Source of the DNA: Candidatus Hydrogenedentota bacterium
GTDB taxonomy: Bacteria > Hydrogenedentota > Hydrogenedentia > Hydrogenedentales > GCA-2746185
DNA length: 26,486 nucleotides
Direction: 5' to 3'
Assembly (NCBI GenBank): GCA_046583315.1
Contig: JAYGCN010000062.1
Coordinates: forward strand, 1 to 26,486
Under the pieces are notes generated by a model. It did not search any database, was not told where the DNA came from, and worked only from the letters and a program-made list of their open reading frames with translations. A program made the position numbers and the translations under genes. Numbering within the stretch: the first letter of the stretch is position 1; every line of letters begins with the position of its first letter. This document shows positions 7,659 to 16,251 of the stretch, in pieces.

Positions 7659-9740
7659 TTAGTTGAATGTGCCGCCTTCTTCCGCGAGTTTTTTCAGGAG
7701 CGGTGCGGGTTTCCAGCGATCGTCTGATGCTTCGGCGTCAAATTCACAAATGCGATCATAAACTTTTTTCAGGCCAACGGTATCGGCATAGAACATCGGG
7801 CCTCCGCGGTATACAGGGAATCCGTATCCAAAGACGTAGATGACATCGATATCGCTGGCGCGTTGGGCAAAACCCTCTTCGAGAATCTTCGCGCCTGTGT
7901 TCACCAAGGCGTAGATGGTGCGTTCGACGATTTCTTCGTTGCTGATTTCTCGACGCTCGATGCCACTGGCTTCAGCGACTTCGACTACGAGTTTTTCAAT
8001 TATGGGATCGGGTAGCGGCGTACGGCTGCCGGTTTCATATTGATACCAGCCCGCTCCGGTTTTCTGTCCGAAACGACCGAGTTCGCAAATTTTGTCCGCG
8101 ATTTCGGAGTAGCGTTTGCCTTCGGGACGCGGCTTGCCTTTACGAATGCGCCAACCGACATCGAGTCCGGCGAGATCACCCATCGCAAGAGGACCCATTG
8201 CCATACCCCAGGAGTAGAGCGCGCCGTCCACTTGTTGCGGGGCGGCTCCTTCTTCGGCCAGGAAAATGGCTTCCGCACCGTAGGGGTGAATCATGCGGTT
8301 GCCCACGAAGCCGTCGCATACGCCTACGACCACGCCGACTTTTTTGATCTTCTTTGCGACGGCCATGACTGTGGCGAGCGTTGTCGCGTTCGTTTTCGCA
8401 CCGCGGACCACTTCCAGGAGTTTCATGACGTTTGCAGGGCTGAAAAAGTGCATGCCTACGACCCACTCGGGACGTTTGGTCACGTCTGCAATTGCATCTA
8501 CGTCAAGCGTCGAGGTGTTAGTCGCGAGGATACAGCCGTCTTTACACACTGCATCCAACTTGGTAAACACTTCCTTTTTGATTTCCATTTCTTCGAAAAC
8601 CGCCTCAACGACCATGTCCACATCACTGAAATCGTCGTAGGTGGTGGTCGGAGTAATCAGACCGATACAGGCATCGACCTGCTCCTGCGTCATACGGCCT
8701 TTTTTCATGGTATTTTCGTAGTTTTTCTTGATGATGCCCATGCCGCGCTCGAGGGCCTCGGCATTTGTATCGAAAATCTTGACTGCGATACCGGCGTTCA
8801 CAAAATTCATCGTAATGCCGCCACCCATCGTGCCTGCTCCCAATACCGCAACGCTCTTGATGTCTTTACGTTCTGTATCTTTCGGAACATCGGAAATTTT
8901 GTTCGCGGCACGCTCAGCGAAGAAGATGTGACGTTGGGCGGCCGACTGCGCACTGGTCATCAAGGTGGTGAATAACTCGCGTTCTTTGGCACAGCCTTCA
9001 TCGAAGGGTAAGGTGCATGCTGCTTCAACGGCATCCACGCATGCTTGGGGTGCTTCGAAATTGCGTTTGGCTTTTCCAAGTTTGGCACGAAACGCCGCGA
9101 AAATTTCCGGGTCGACTCCAGTAACTTTGTCATTGAGATCGCGCACCTTACTCAAGGGACGGCCTTCGCTCACAACTTGTTCGGCGAATGCAATAGCGCC
9201 TTCGAGCAGATCGCCTTCGACAACCTTATCGACGAGGCCGCGCTCGTTGGCTTCGGTGGCACTGATGGGAATACCGGAAGTGATCATCTTCAGTGCCTGT
9301 TCAACACCGGTAACACGCGGAAGACGTTGGGTACCTGCCGCGCCCGGAATCAATCCGAGCAACACTTCCGGTAATCCAAGTTTCGCGCTGGGAATGGCCA
9401 CACGGTAATGACAGGCGAGTGCGACTTCGAGTCCACCACCCAACGCGGTACCATGAATCGCAGCGACAACCGCTTTCGTAGCGCCTTCTATGGCATCCAG
9501 CGGTTCAATCAAACCGGGTTCTTGCGGGGGTTTGCCAAATTCAGAAATATCGGCGCCGGCGATAAAGGTGCGTCCGTCACAAATCATCACGATGGCCTTG
9601 ATTTCGTCATCGGCATTCGCTGCCGTCATGCAATCGAGAATGCCTTTTCGAACGCCTACGCCGAGCGCGTTCACAGGAGGGCTGTCAATGGTTACAACAC
9701 CAATGTTTCCCTGTTTGGATAATGTCACTAGATCACTCAT
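7659..9740 (-). CDS. Bifunctional enoyl-CoA hydratase / 3-hydroxyacyl-CoA dehydrogenase (FadB/FadJ-like)
   Basis: Crotonase motifs FIAGADI, ALGGGLEVALACHYR, PEVLLGLIPGAAGTQRLPR; dehydrogenase motifs GAGTMGGGI, EAVFE, TNTSTL, GMHFFSPANVM, GFVGNR; ATG 9740 with GAGG RBS. Confidence 0.95.
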   Translation of the reverse strand: MSDLVTLSKQGNIGVVTIDSPPVNALGVGVRKGILDCMTAANADDEIKAIVMICDGRTFIAGADISEFGKPPQEPGLIEPLDAIEGATKAVVAAIHGTALGGGLEVALACHYRVAIPSAKLGLPEVLLGLIPGAAGTQRLPRVTGVEQALKMITSGIPISATEANERGLVDKVVEGDLLEGAIAFAEQVVSEGRPLSKVRDLNDKVTGVDPEIFAAFRAKLGKAKRNFEAPQACVDAVEAACTLPFDEGCAKERELFTTLMTSAQSAAQRHIFFAERAANKISDVPKDTERKDIKSVAVLGAGTMGGGITMNFVNAGIAVKIFDTNAEALERGMGIIKKNYENTMKKGRMTQEQVDACIGLITPTTTYDDFSDVDMVVEAVFEEMEIKKEVFTKLDAVCKDGCILATNTSTLDVDAIADVTKRPEWVVGMHFFSPANVMKLLEVVRGAKTNATTLATVMAVAKKIKKVGVVVGVCDGFVGNRMIHPYGAEAIFLAEEGAAPQQVDGALYSWGMAMGPLAMGDLAGLDVGWRIRKGKPRPEGKRYSEIADKICELGRFGQKTGAGWYQYETGSRTPLPDPIIEKLVVEVAEASGIERREISNEEIVERTIYALVNTGAKILEEGFAQRASDIDVIYVFGYGFPVYRGGPMFYADTVGLKKVYDRICEFDAEASDDRWKPAPLLKKLAEEGGTFN

Positions 9741-9942
9741 TGTTGTAAACCTCATGGTTGGTTGAACGTGCAGACAATGATGCCCAGCCGGAACGCTGCG
9801 GGTGGGCGAACATACGAGAACTAAGGCGCATACTGTACAAAACAGCCACTCAATAAGTCAATATTCGGCGGTGGTGCCTATTGGGCCCCGATAGCCGAAT
9901 GCGCGAGCCGAATTGCTGTATACTGGGGCGATGCCGGACACC

Positions 9943-10356
9943 ATGAAATATCTGATGTGCTCGATGATCTGCATGTTCACGGCCGGATGCGCGGAGTCCA
10001 CAGACCCGGAACCAATGGTGCCCGCTCCCGGACCGCGAATTGCCCCGCTACCACTGGCCGTTTATCAGGGCGATGGTTCGCTCGTTGGCCACACATGGCA
10101 ATCGGGCCCGCTTACGTTCATTTTTCAACCCGGTGACAATGTGCTCGTTCGTGGCGGTCAGTTAGTCGAGAGTATGCCCACGGGGGCACCGGGCACCTAT
10201 AGTAAGGATGGCGGCATGCTTGAGCTTAGTGTGCTTGGACGCACCTACACGGGAGCATGGGATGGTGCCGTGTTGACACTTAATCAGCAGATCGCATCAT
10301 ATCTCGGTGAAACAGCAACCGTTTATCCCGAACTCGTGTTAGACTATTCGAACTAA
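9943..10356 (+). CDS. Putative lipoprotein
   Basis: MKYLMCSMICMFTAGC lipobox, Pro-rich linker, beta-rich domain; alternative ATG at 9931. Confidence 0.65.
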   Translation: MKYLMCSMICMFTAGCAESTDPEPMVPAPGPRIAPLPLAVYQGDGSLVGHTWQSGPLTFIFQPGDNVLVRGGQLVESMPTGAPGTYSKDGGMLELSVLGRTYTGAWDGAVLTLNQQIASYLGETATVYPELVLDYSN

Positions 10357-10378
10357 CCACAATTTAAGGAATTCGATC

Positions 10379-11059
10379 ATGAAACTTTCGCCTCTTAGCG
10401 CGATTTCACTCATCTTCTTGATAATACCGGTCTTCGTCGCGCGCGCCGATGATCCCCAAAAACGTGAACCCGCACACGTGATGAGTTTTCGTGGCGCGCC
10501 GTGGCTTGAACGCGATACGCGCGATAAAGAAGAACAACCGTATAAAGTAATCGGTGCGATGAAGCTTAAGGAAGGCGATGTCGTGGCGGACATCGGTGTC
10601 GGCTCCGGATACTATGCACGCAAAATCGCACGCATCGTCGGCGAGAAGGGTCGGGTGTACGGCGTCGATATCCAGCCGGAGATGCTCGATATTCTGATGG
10701 AAAACTGCGAGAAACATGGCATTGAAAACATTCGCCCGGTGCTCGGTGAGTTCAACGACCCTAAGCTGGAGAAGGAATCAATCGACTGGATGATACTGGC
10801 GGACGTGTATCATGAGTTCTCCGATCCCGAAGCGATGCTGGCCAAAATGCTGGATGCCCTGAAACCGACGGGGAAAATATGCCTTCTGGAATACCGACTG
10901 AAGGGCGAAACGGCACGGCACATCAAAACCGAGCATCGCATGTCGGTGGAGCAAGTCAAGGCCGAATGGCTTCCGGCAGGGTTCGAGTTACTCGAGCTTG
11001 AGGAATTTCTGCCTTCGCAGCATTTGTTCATTTTCGGTAAGGCAAAATCCAACGAATAG
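10379..11059 (+). CDS. Class I SAM-dependent methyltransferase with signal peptide
   Basis: VVADIGVGSGYY, VYGVDIQPEML, DVYHEF, LKPTGKICLLEYR; hydrophobic N-terminus ending ARA; AAGGA RBS. Confidence 0.9.
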   Translation: MKLSPLSAISLIFLIIPVFVARADDPQKREPAHVMSFRGAPWLERDTRDKEEQPYKVIGAMKLKEGDVVADIGVGSGYYARKIARIVGEKGRVYGVDIQPEMLDILMENCEKHGIENIRPVLGEFNDPKLEKESIDWMILADVYHEFSDPEAMLAKMLDALKPTGKICLLEYRLKGETARHIKTEHRMSVEQVKAEWLPAGFELLELEEFLPSQHLFIFGKAKSNE

Positions 11060-11081
11060 TTCAGAACCGAGAAGGAATTCC

Positions 11082-11507
11082 ATGCTGTCTGACTTCAATT
11101 ATCGCATTACTATCGATACGCGCTGGCGCGATTTGGATCAATTGAACCATGTCAATAGCGCGATGTATCTGACTTACTTCGAAATCGCACGCATGGATTA
11201 TTTTGGATCCGTGGGCCTCCATGAACTCAAGAAACCTGGTGTCGTCGGGCCAGCCGTGGTTAGCCAGACCTGCAATTACCGCCAGCAGTTGTTTCATCCG
11301 AACACGCTGGATGTGGGGATTCGCTGTTCGCGCATCGGCTACAAGAGTTTCACGATTGAATACGAGATATATTTGCAGGATACGGACACGCTTATCTGCG
11401 ACGGCTCGACTGTGATGACCTGGGTCGATTACGTCAACGCCAAGGCGATTCCCGTGCCGGATGCGTTGCGCGAAGCCATCGAGGCCTTGGAAAACCAGAC
11501 CGCCTGA
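11082..11507 (+). CDS. Acyl-CoA thioesterase (YbgC/FadM hot-dog family)
   Basis: RWRDLDQLNHVNSAMYLTYFEIARMDYF; ATG 11082 after AGAAGGA. Confidence 0.92.
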   Translation: MLSDFNYRITIDTRWRDLDQLNHVNSAMYLTYFEIARMDYFGSVGLHELKKPGVVGPAVVSQTCNYRQQLFHPNTLDVGIRCSRIGYKSFTIEYEIYLQDTDTLICDGSTVMTWVDYVNAKAIPVPDALREAIEALENQTA

Positions 11508-11510
11508 GCC

Positions 11511-12548
11511 TTAGCCGTGGCAGGCTTCGAAGAAACGGGCGATCTGTTCTTCGGCCCAGTACCCCAATCCCAGCGGTCCGTTCTTGCGAATGAATCCTAC
11601 ATGGCCGCCGTTATCCATGAATTGAGGAAACAGCCAGGGCGAATTTCGCGCGAGTTCGTAGGGCTGCGTCTCTCCGGGGTTAAAGGGATCGTCGCTCGCG
11701 CTCAGCAACATCGTCGGACGTCGAATGCCTTCGAGGTACTGCCCGCAGGAAACTTTTGTGTAGTAATCGTGCGAATCATCGAAGCCGTGGAGTGCCGCGG
11801 TGCCGTGCGTGTCGAAATCGGCAAAACTTCGCGACTTCTTGACGGCATCAATATCGACGCAGCCCGGATATTGTTGCTCCTTCTCAATGGCTTTGGGAAT
11901 CAACATGCGCAGAAAGTGCAACACATACAATCGGCTGAAGCTTGAGTCCATGTGTTTGCCCGACGCGACCAAATCGTAGGGCGCGCTCACGATGGCGGCA
12001 CCTTTCACATGCTCGGGCACGGCATCGCCGTGCTCTCCGAGCCATTTTCCGATGACGTTGCCGCCAAGAGAATAGCCCACCATATACAAGGGACGGCCTG
12101 GATACAGCTCACCAATTCTGTCGACCATAAATGCCGCGTCTGTGGTCTCCCCGGAATGATACAGTCGACGCGCGTTGTTCATGGTGCCACCACAGGACCG
12201 GAAATCCATCGCGATAGCACTCCAGCGCTTGCCTTGCAGGGTGCGCAACAGGCCGATCATGTAGGTCGATTCGACGCAGCCTTCCAGCCCATGCAACATG
12301 AGCACAATGGGTTTATCTTCATCGCCCATGCACCGGTGCACACGCAGAAAATCGTTGTCGGGCGTGTCCCACATTTCCGTTTCCAATGGCGGGGACGCGA
12401 TGCGCCTTAGGTAACGCGCGCCGACGGTCTGTAAATGAGGGTTCTTTAACCAGAACGGCGGCTCGAATGAATGCGCCTCAAGCATCTCCATGATCGCCTG
12501 CTTGCGAGAATGCAGCAATTCTTCTTCACTGGTGTGCACGACCGACAT
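11511..12548 (-). CDS. YheT-family alpha/beta hydrolase
   Basis: NPHLQT, HGLEG, RLYHSGET, GYSLGGN nucleophile motif, DDPF, GGHVGF; ATG 12548 with AAGGAG RBS. Confidence 0.9.
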   Translation of the reverse strand: MSVVHTSEEELLHSRKQAIMEMLEAHSFEPPFWLKNPHLQTVGARYLRRIASPPLETEMWDTPDNDFLRVHRCMGDEDKPIVLMLHGLEGCVESTYMIGLLRTLQGKRWSAIAMDFRSCGGTMNNARRLYHSGETTDAAFMVDRIGELYPGRPLYMVGYSLGGNVIGKWLGEHGDAVPEHVKGAAIVSAPYDLVASGKHMDSSFSRLYVLHFLRMLIPKAIEKEQQYPGCVDIDAVKKSRSFADFDTHGTAALHGFDDSHDYYTKVSCGQYLEGIRRPTMLLSASDDPFNPGETQPYELARNSPWLFPQFMDNGGHVGFIRKNGPLGLGYWAEEQIARFFEACHG

Positions 12549-12631
12549 TATACTCCTTTGCAATTACCTTGTTCTGGGAACATAATACTACAAATCTTTC
12601 TTGCACTACGACGTTGACTCAGGATTACTCC

Positions 12632-13111
12632 ATGCACCTGCGCGAAGCAACTGCCGCCGATACCGAGTTCATCATCCGCCTCATTGGTGATCTCTATCGT
12701 GACTACGGTTTTGAAATATGCCTTGAAGATGCCGAAGCCGACCTCGCTGATATTGCCAAGCACTTCGAGCCGGGTTCCTTTATGGTGCTGTGCGACGACA
12801 ACGACACGGTGCGCGCTACCGTAGCCCTCACGGCGGATTCAGAACGACCCGATGTGGCCTGGATGAAGCGCCTCTATCTCGACGCGACTCTTCAAGGTGA
12901 GGGCCATGCCGACAGGCTGCTGGAATGGGCTCTTGGACGCGCATGTGCCATTGGGTGCACCCGCGTCGAACTGTGGAGTGATACCCTTTTTGAGCGCGCC
13001 CACCGTTTTTACACCAAACACGGCTTTCGGCACGACGGTGTCATTCGCCACATGACCGATTCCCACGAGCCCTACGATGAGTTGCTCTTTTATAAAGAAA
13101 TTGATCAATGA
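12632..13111 (+). CDS. GNAT-family N-acetyltransferase
   Basis: MKRLYL...QGEGHA...LWSDT.F.RAHRFYTKHGF. Confidence 0.9.
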   Translation: MHLREATAADTEFIIRLIGDLYRDYGFEICLEDAEADLADIAKHFEPGSFMVLCDDNDTVRATVALTADSERPDVAWMKRLYLDATLQGEGHADRLLEWALGRACAIGCTRVELWSDTLFERAHRFYTKHGFRHDGVIRHMTDSHEPYDELLFYKEIDQ

Positions 13112-13236
13112 TCAGCCTTTCTGTCGGATCTTTGAGTTTTTACCCACGAAATGTGTATATTTCATAGCTTGGCTATTCGCGGTTGAACACGGATTGGCGT
13201 AGTAGTTTAGAGGCTGCATAACGGGAGTAACACACA

Positions 13237-14739
13237 ATGGCGACAATCATCGCTGGTATTGGACAGCAGAAAAGTTTTCAAGCGGTAATCGACGTTGCCG
13301 AAGAGGAAATGGGTAAGACGGAGGGAAAACCCCGTCGAATTAAAGGGCGAAGTGATAGTGTAGACTTTACGATTGATCGGACTGAATTTGACACCAAATT
13401 CGAGCGATACAAGTTTCGGATTGAGGCAAACGGTAATACGTTACAGCGAATTCACGATGCGGCAGATGCGGCACCAGACGGCATCTGCGAATACGTTTAC
13501 AACGAGGATGAAAATCAGACGACGTTCACCCTTCCCTGCGAGAACGCATCGGATGTAGACTACGAAGTCGTTCGCGCAACAGTCGAAACGATTTGCAAGC
13601 ACATTCGCATTCCAGAAATCTGGCGATTTGACGGTTCCGAATACGACACGACACCCCCGAGCATAGAACTGCTGTTCCGTGCGTTAATCCAATACAAGGC
13701 GAGTGATATTCACCTGTCACCCGGCATGAAACCGATCTTTCGCATCGACAACGAAATGCTGGTTTCTGATCTCATGCCTCCGCTTTCGGGCCCGCAGATC
13801 TATGCCCTGATCAAACAGCTTTCTCCCGATGAAGCCTGGGAACACTTTCTTAAGGACCATCAGAATTCCTTCGGCTTTCATCAGAAAGGCATCGGCTACG
13901 CACGCACCTCAGCGTTTATGAAGGCAGGACAGCCGCATCTCACCTTTCGCTATCACCCGGAAACGATACCCTCCTTCGACGATCTCAATATGCCAAGCGA
14001 TATCATGGGCGAGCTGGCGAAACTGCATAATGGACTCGTCTGTATCGTCGGTAACACGGGATGCGGTAAATCGTCCACTAACGCGGCCCTTCTCGATTGG
14101 ATCAATACCAATCGTAAACTGCATATTCTCACTCTCGAAGATCCTGTCGAATACCACCACCACAACAAGAAATCCATCGTCTCTCAACGCAATATGGGGA
14201 CGGACGTAAGTGCCTTCGACATTGGCGTAGAAGGAGCCTTGCGTCACGATCCGGATGTAATTCTTGTGGGCGAAATGCGTGATGCCGGAACCATTCGTGC
14301 AGCCATCGGTGCGGCCGCAACAGGCCACCTGGTACTCACGACGCTTCACGCCAGCAACGCGAGCTCCGTGATTGACAGAATATGTAGCTTCTTCGACCCT
14401 ATCGAACGTGAACTCGTGCGCTCCCAGTTGTGCGAATGTATACGTGTCGTCATCTGCCAATTACTGGTGGAGAAAAAAGGCGGAGGTCGCGTCCCGGCGC
14501 TCGAAGTCATGTTCAATGACGTAAAACAGATATCGAAATCGATTATCGAAGGTAATACAAACGGGATTCGCCTGGGCATGCAGCAGACCTTGTCCAAATC
14601 TCAGCTGTTCGAGCATTATCTTTATGATCGTTGGAAAGAAGATTTGATTACGCTTGAAACAGCCCAATTACATGCCCCGGATCTCAGCATGTTTGAGCAA
14701 ATCAGGATGGGCACGTACACCGTTCCGAAACTTGCCTAA
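13237..14739 (+). CDS. pilT: PilT/PilU-family type IV pilus retraction ATPase with ~140-aa N-terminal extension
   Basis: ASDIHL, Walker A GNTGCGKSST, LEDPVEY, DPDVILVGEMRD, TGHLVLTTLH, GMQ; GGGAG RBS. Confidence 0.85.
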   Translation: MATIIAGIGQQKSFQAVIDVAEEEMGKTEGKPRRIKGRSDSVDFTIDRTEFDTKFERYKFRIEANGNTLQRIHDAADAAPDGICEYVYNEDENQTTFTLPCENASDVDYEVVRATVETICKHIRIPEIWRFDGSEYDTTPPSIELLFRALIQYKASDIHLSPGMKPIFRIDNEMLVSDLMPPLSGPQIYALIKQLSPDEAWEHFLKDHQNSFGFHQKGIGYARTSAFMKAGQPHLTFRYHPETIPSFDDLNMPSDIMGELAKLHNGLVCIVGNTGCGKSSTNAALLDWINTNRKLHILTLEDPVEYHHHNKKSIVSQRNMGTDVSAFDIGVEGALRHDPDVILVGEMRDAGTIRAAIGAAATGHLVLTTLHASNASSVIDRICSFFDPIERELVRSQLCECIRVVICQLLVEKKGGGRVPALEVMFNDVKQISKSIIEGNTNGIRLGMQQTLSKSQLFEHYLYDRWKEDLITLETAQLHAPDLSMFEQIRMGTYTVPKLA

Positions 14740-14789
14740 GCCGGTAAGATAAAATCACTTATACCGAACATACCCTTTCGAAAAGTCGT

Positions 14790-14809
14790 TTTTCCACAAC
14801 TTATCAACA
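14790..14809 (+). promoter_or_regulatory. Tandem DnaA boxes
   Basis: TTTTCCACA (matches TTWTNCACA) and TTATCAACA (one mismatch), 2 nt apart, in an AT-rich intergenic region. Confidence 0.5.
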
Positions 14810-15008
14810 GCACTTTCCAGTGCATTGTTAATTTGGCTCGGCAGTACCGAAAAACACTCTAAGTCTTTAATTTTATTTATGTTACAGCTAATTTCGAACG
14901 AAGCACACGAAGCACAATTCAACTGAATCGCCACACTATGTACACACAAATGTAAAGTTTTGCACGAGTCCGTTCTAACTCATAGAGCGAATGAGGATTA
15001 CAACAAAA

Positions 15009-15563
15009 ATGCGAATTATAGCGGGCACGGCCAAGGGCATCCCACTGGTTACGCCGAAAGGGAGGGAAATCCGCCCCACCTTGGATCGGGTGCGCGAATC
15101 GGTGTTCAACATCATTGCTCCGGCGCTCGATGAGGAGACCGTGTTCCTAGACCTCTTTACCGGTACCGGCGCGAATGGGCTGGAGGCACTTAGCCGGGGG
15201 GGCGCGAGATCTGTATTCGTGGATTCATCTCCCCAATCACTCGAAATTTCCCGCAAGAACGCGGCTAAAGCCCGTCTCAGTGATCGCGCCACGTTCGTTC
15301 GTATGACACTTCCCGATAACCTCAGCAAAGTGGTGCGGCAGCACGGCCCGGCGGATATTGTCTACGCTGATCCACCTTTTGATTTCGATGCTTACGAGGT
15401 ATTGCTCAAAGTCATCGCAGAGGCTGAACCCCATACGCCGCAACAGCTTGTGATCGTGGAGCACCCTTCTAGGACAACCCTTCTGGAACAGGTATCCGGC
15501 CTCAATCAATACAGAACAGAAACCTATGGGAGGGCCTCGATTTCATTTTATCGACGCGGCTGA
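15009..15563 (+). CDS. rsmD: 16S rRNA m2G966 methyltransferase RsmD
   Basis: MRIIAGTAKG...IRPTLDRVRESVFNI, LDLFTGTGANGLEALSRG, DPPF, VEH, YG. Confidence 0.95.
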   Translation: MRIIAGTAKGIPLVTPKGREIRPTLDRVRESVFNIIAPALDEETVFLDLFTGTGANGLEALSRGGARSVFVDSSPQSLEISRKNAAKARLSDRATFVRMTLPDNLSKVVRQHGPADIVYADPPFDFDAYEVLLKVIAEAEPHTPQQLVIVEHPSRTTLLEQVSGLNQYRTETYGRASISFYRRG

Positions 15564-15683
15564 AAACGCTCTAAACCGATACTTCGTCTATATGGTATAG
15601 GTGGATGATAATCAGACTATAAAATTGGGCTATATTGTGATACAATAATCCGATTATCTGGTAAATGAGATAGGAAAATCCTT

Positions 15684-16133
15684 ATGCGATGTCCATTTTG
15701 CAACAATACTGATGCTAAAGTTGTCGATTCCCGTTCTTCGAAGGATGGGGATTCTATCCGTCGTCGACGTGAGTGCCTTTCGTGCCAGCGTCGGTACACG
15801 ACTTATGAACGCATCGAAGAAATCGCACAGATGGTCATCAAGAAAGATGGACGCCGCGAAGCCTTTGATCGTTGGAAATTGAAGGCCGGAATTCTCAAGG
15901 CTATTGAGAAGCGACCGGTGTCGCTTGATCAGGTGGAGTCGCTGATTGACGAAGTCGAACGCAAGCTGTTCAGCTCGACGGATCATGAAGTGTCAACTGA
16001 TACGATTGGCGAAGTGGTGATGAACAAGATGAAAAACATTGATGAGGTGGCGTATGTCCGGTTCGCATCGGTGTATCGCCAGTTCAAAGATCTCAATGAG
16101 TTTATGACTGAGCTTAAGGGAATGCTGACGTAG
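15684..16133 (+). CDS. nrdR: Transcriptional repressor NrdR
   Basis: MRCPFC...VVDSR...IRRRREC..C..RYTTYE Zn ribbon, ATP-cone VIKKDGRRE, DEVAYVRFASVYRQFKD. Confidence 0.98.
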   Translation: MRCPFCNNTDAKVVDSRSSKDGDSIRRRRECLSCQRRYTTYERIEEIAQMVIKKDGRREAFDRWKLKAGILKAIEKRPVSLDQVESLIDEVERKLFSSTDHEVSTDTIGEVVMNKMKNIDEVAYVRFASVYRQFKDLNEFMTELKGMLT

Positions 16134-16251
16134 CATTTTTGTTCGTTTTCATTTGATTCGGCGATTGGGAAGTCGAATCCTCTCTCGTGATCCGGCATTA
16201 ATTACATGTACAAGCCCGTCCTGTCTCAACAGGACATTTGGAAAGCAGATT

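Noticed and set aside
8040..8975. 311-aa plus-strand ORF
   Set aside because: Antisense shadow of the beta-oxidation gene with no recognisable motifs
15624..15640. NrdR box upstream of nrdR
   Set aside because: Only the right half (TATATTGTG) fits the palindromic consensus and there is no second box
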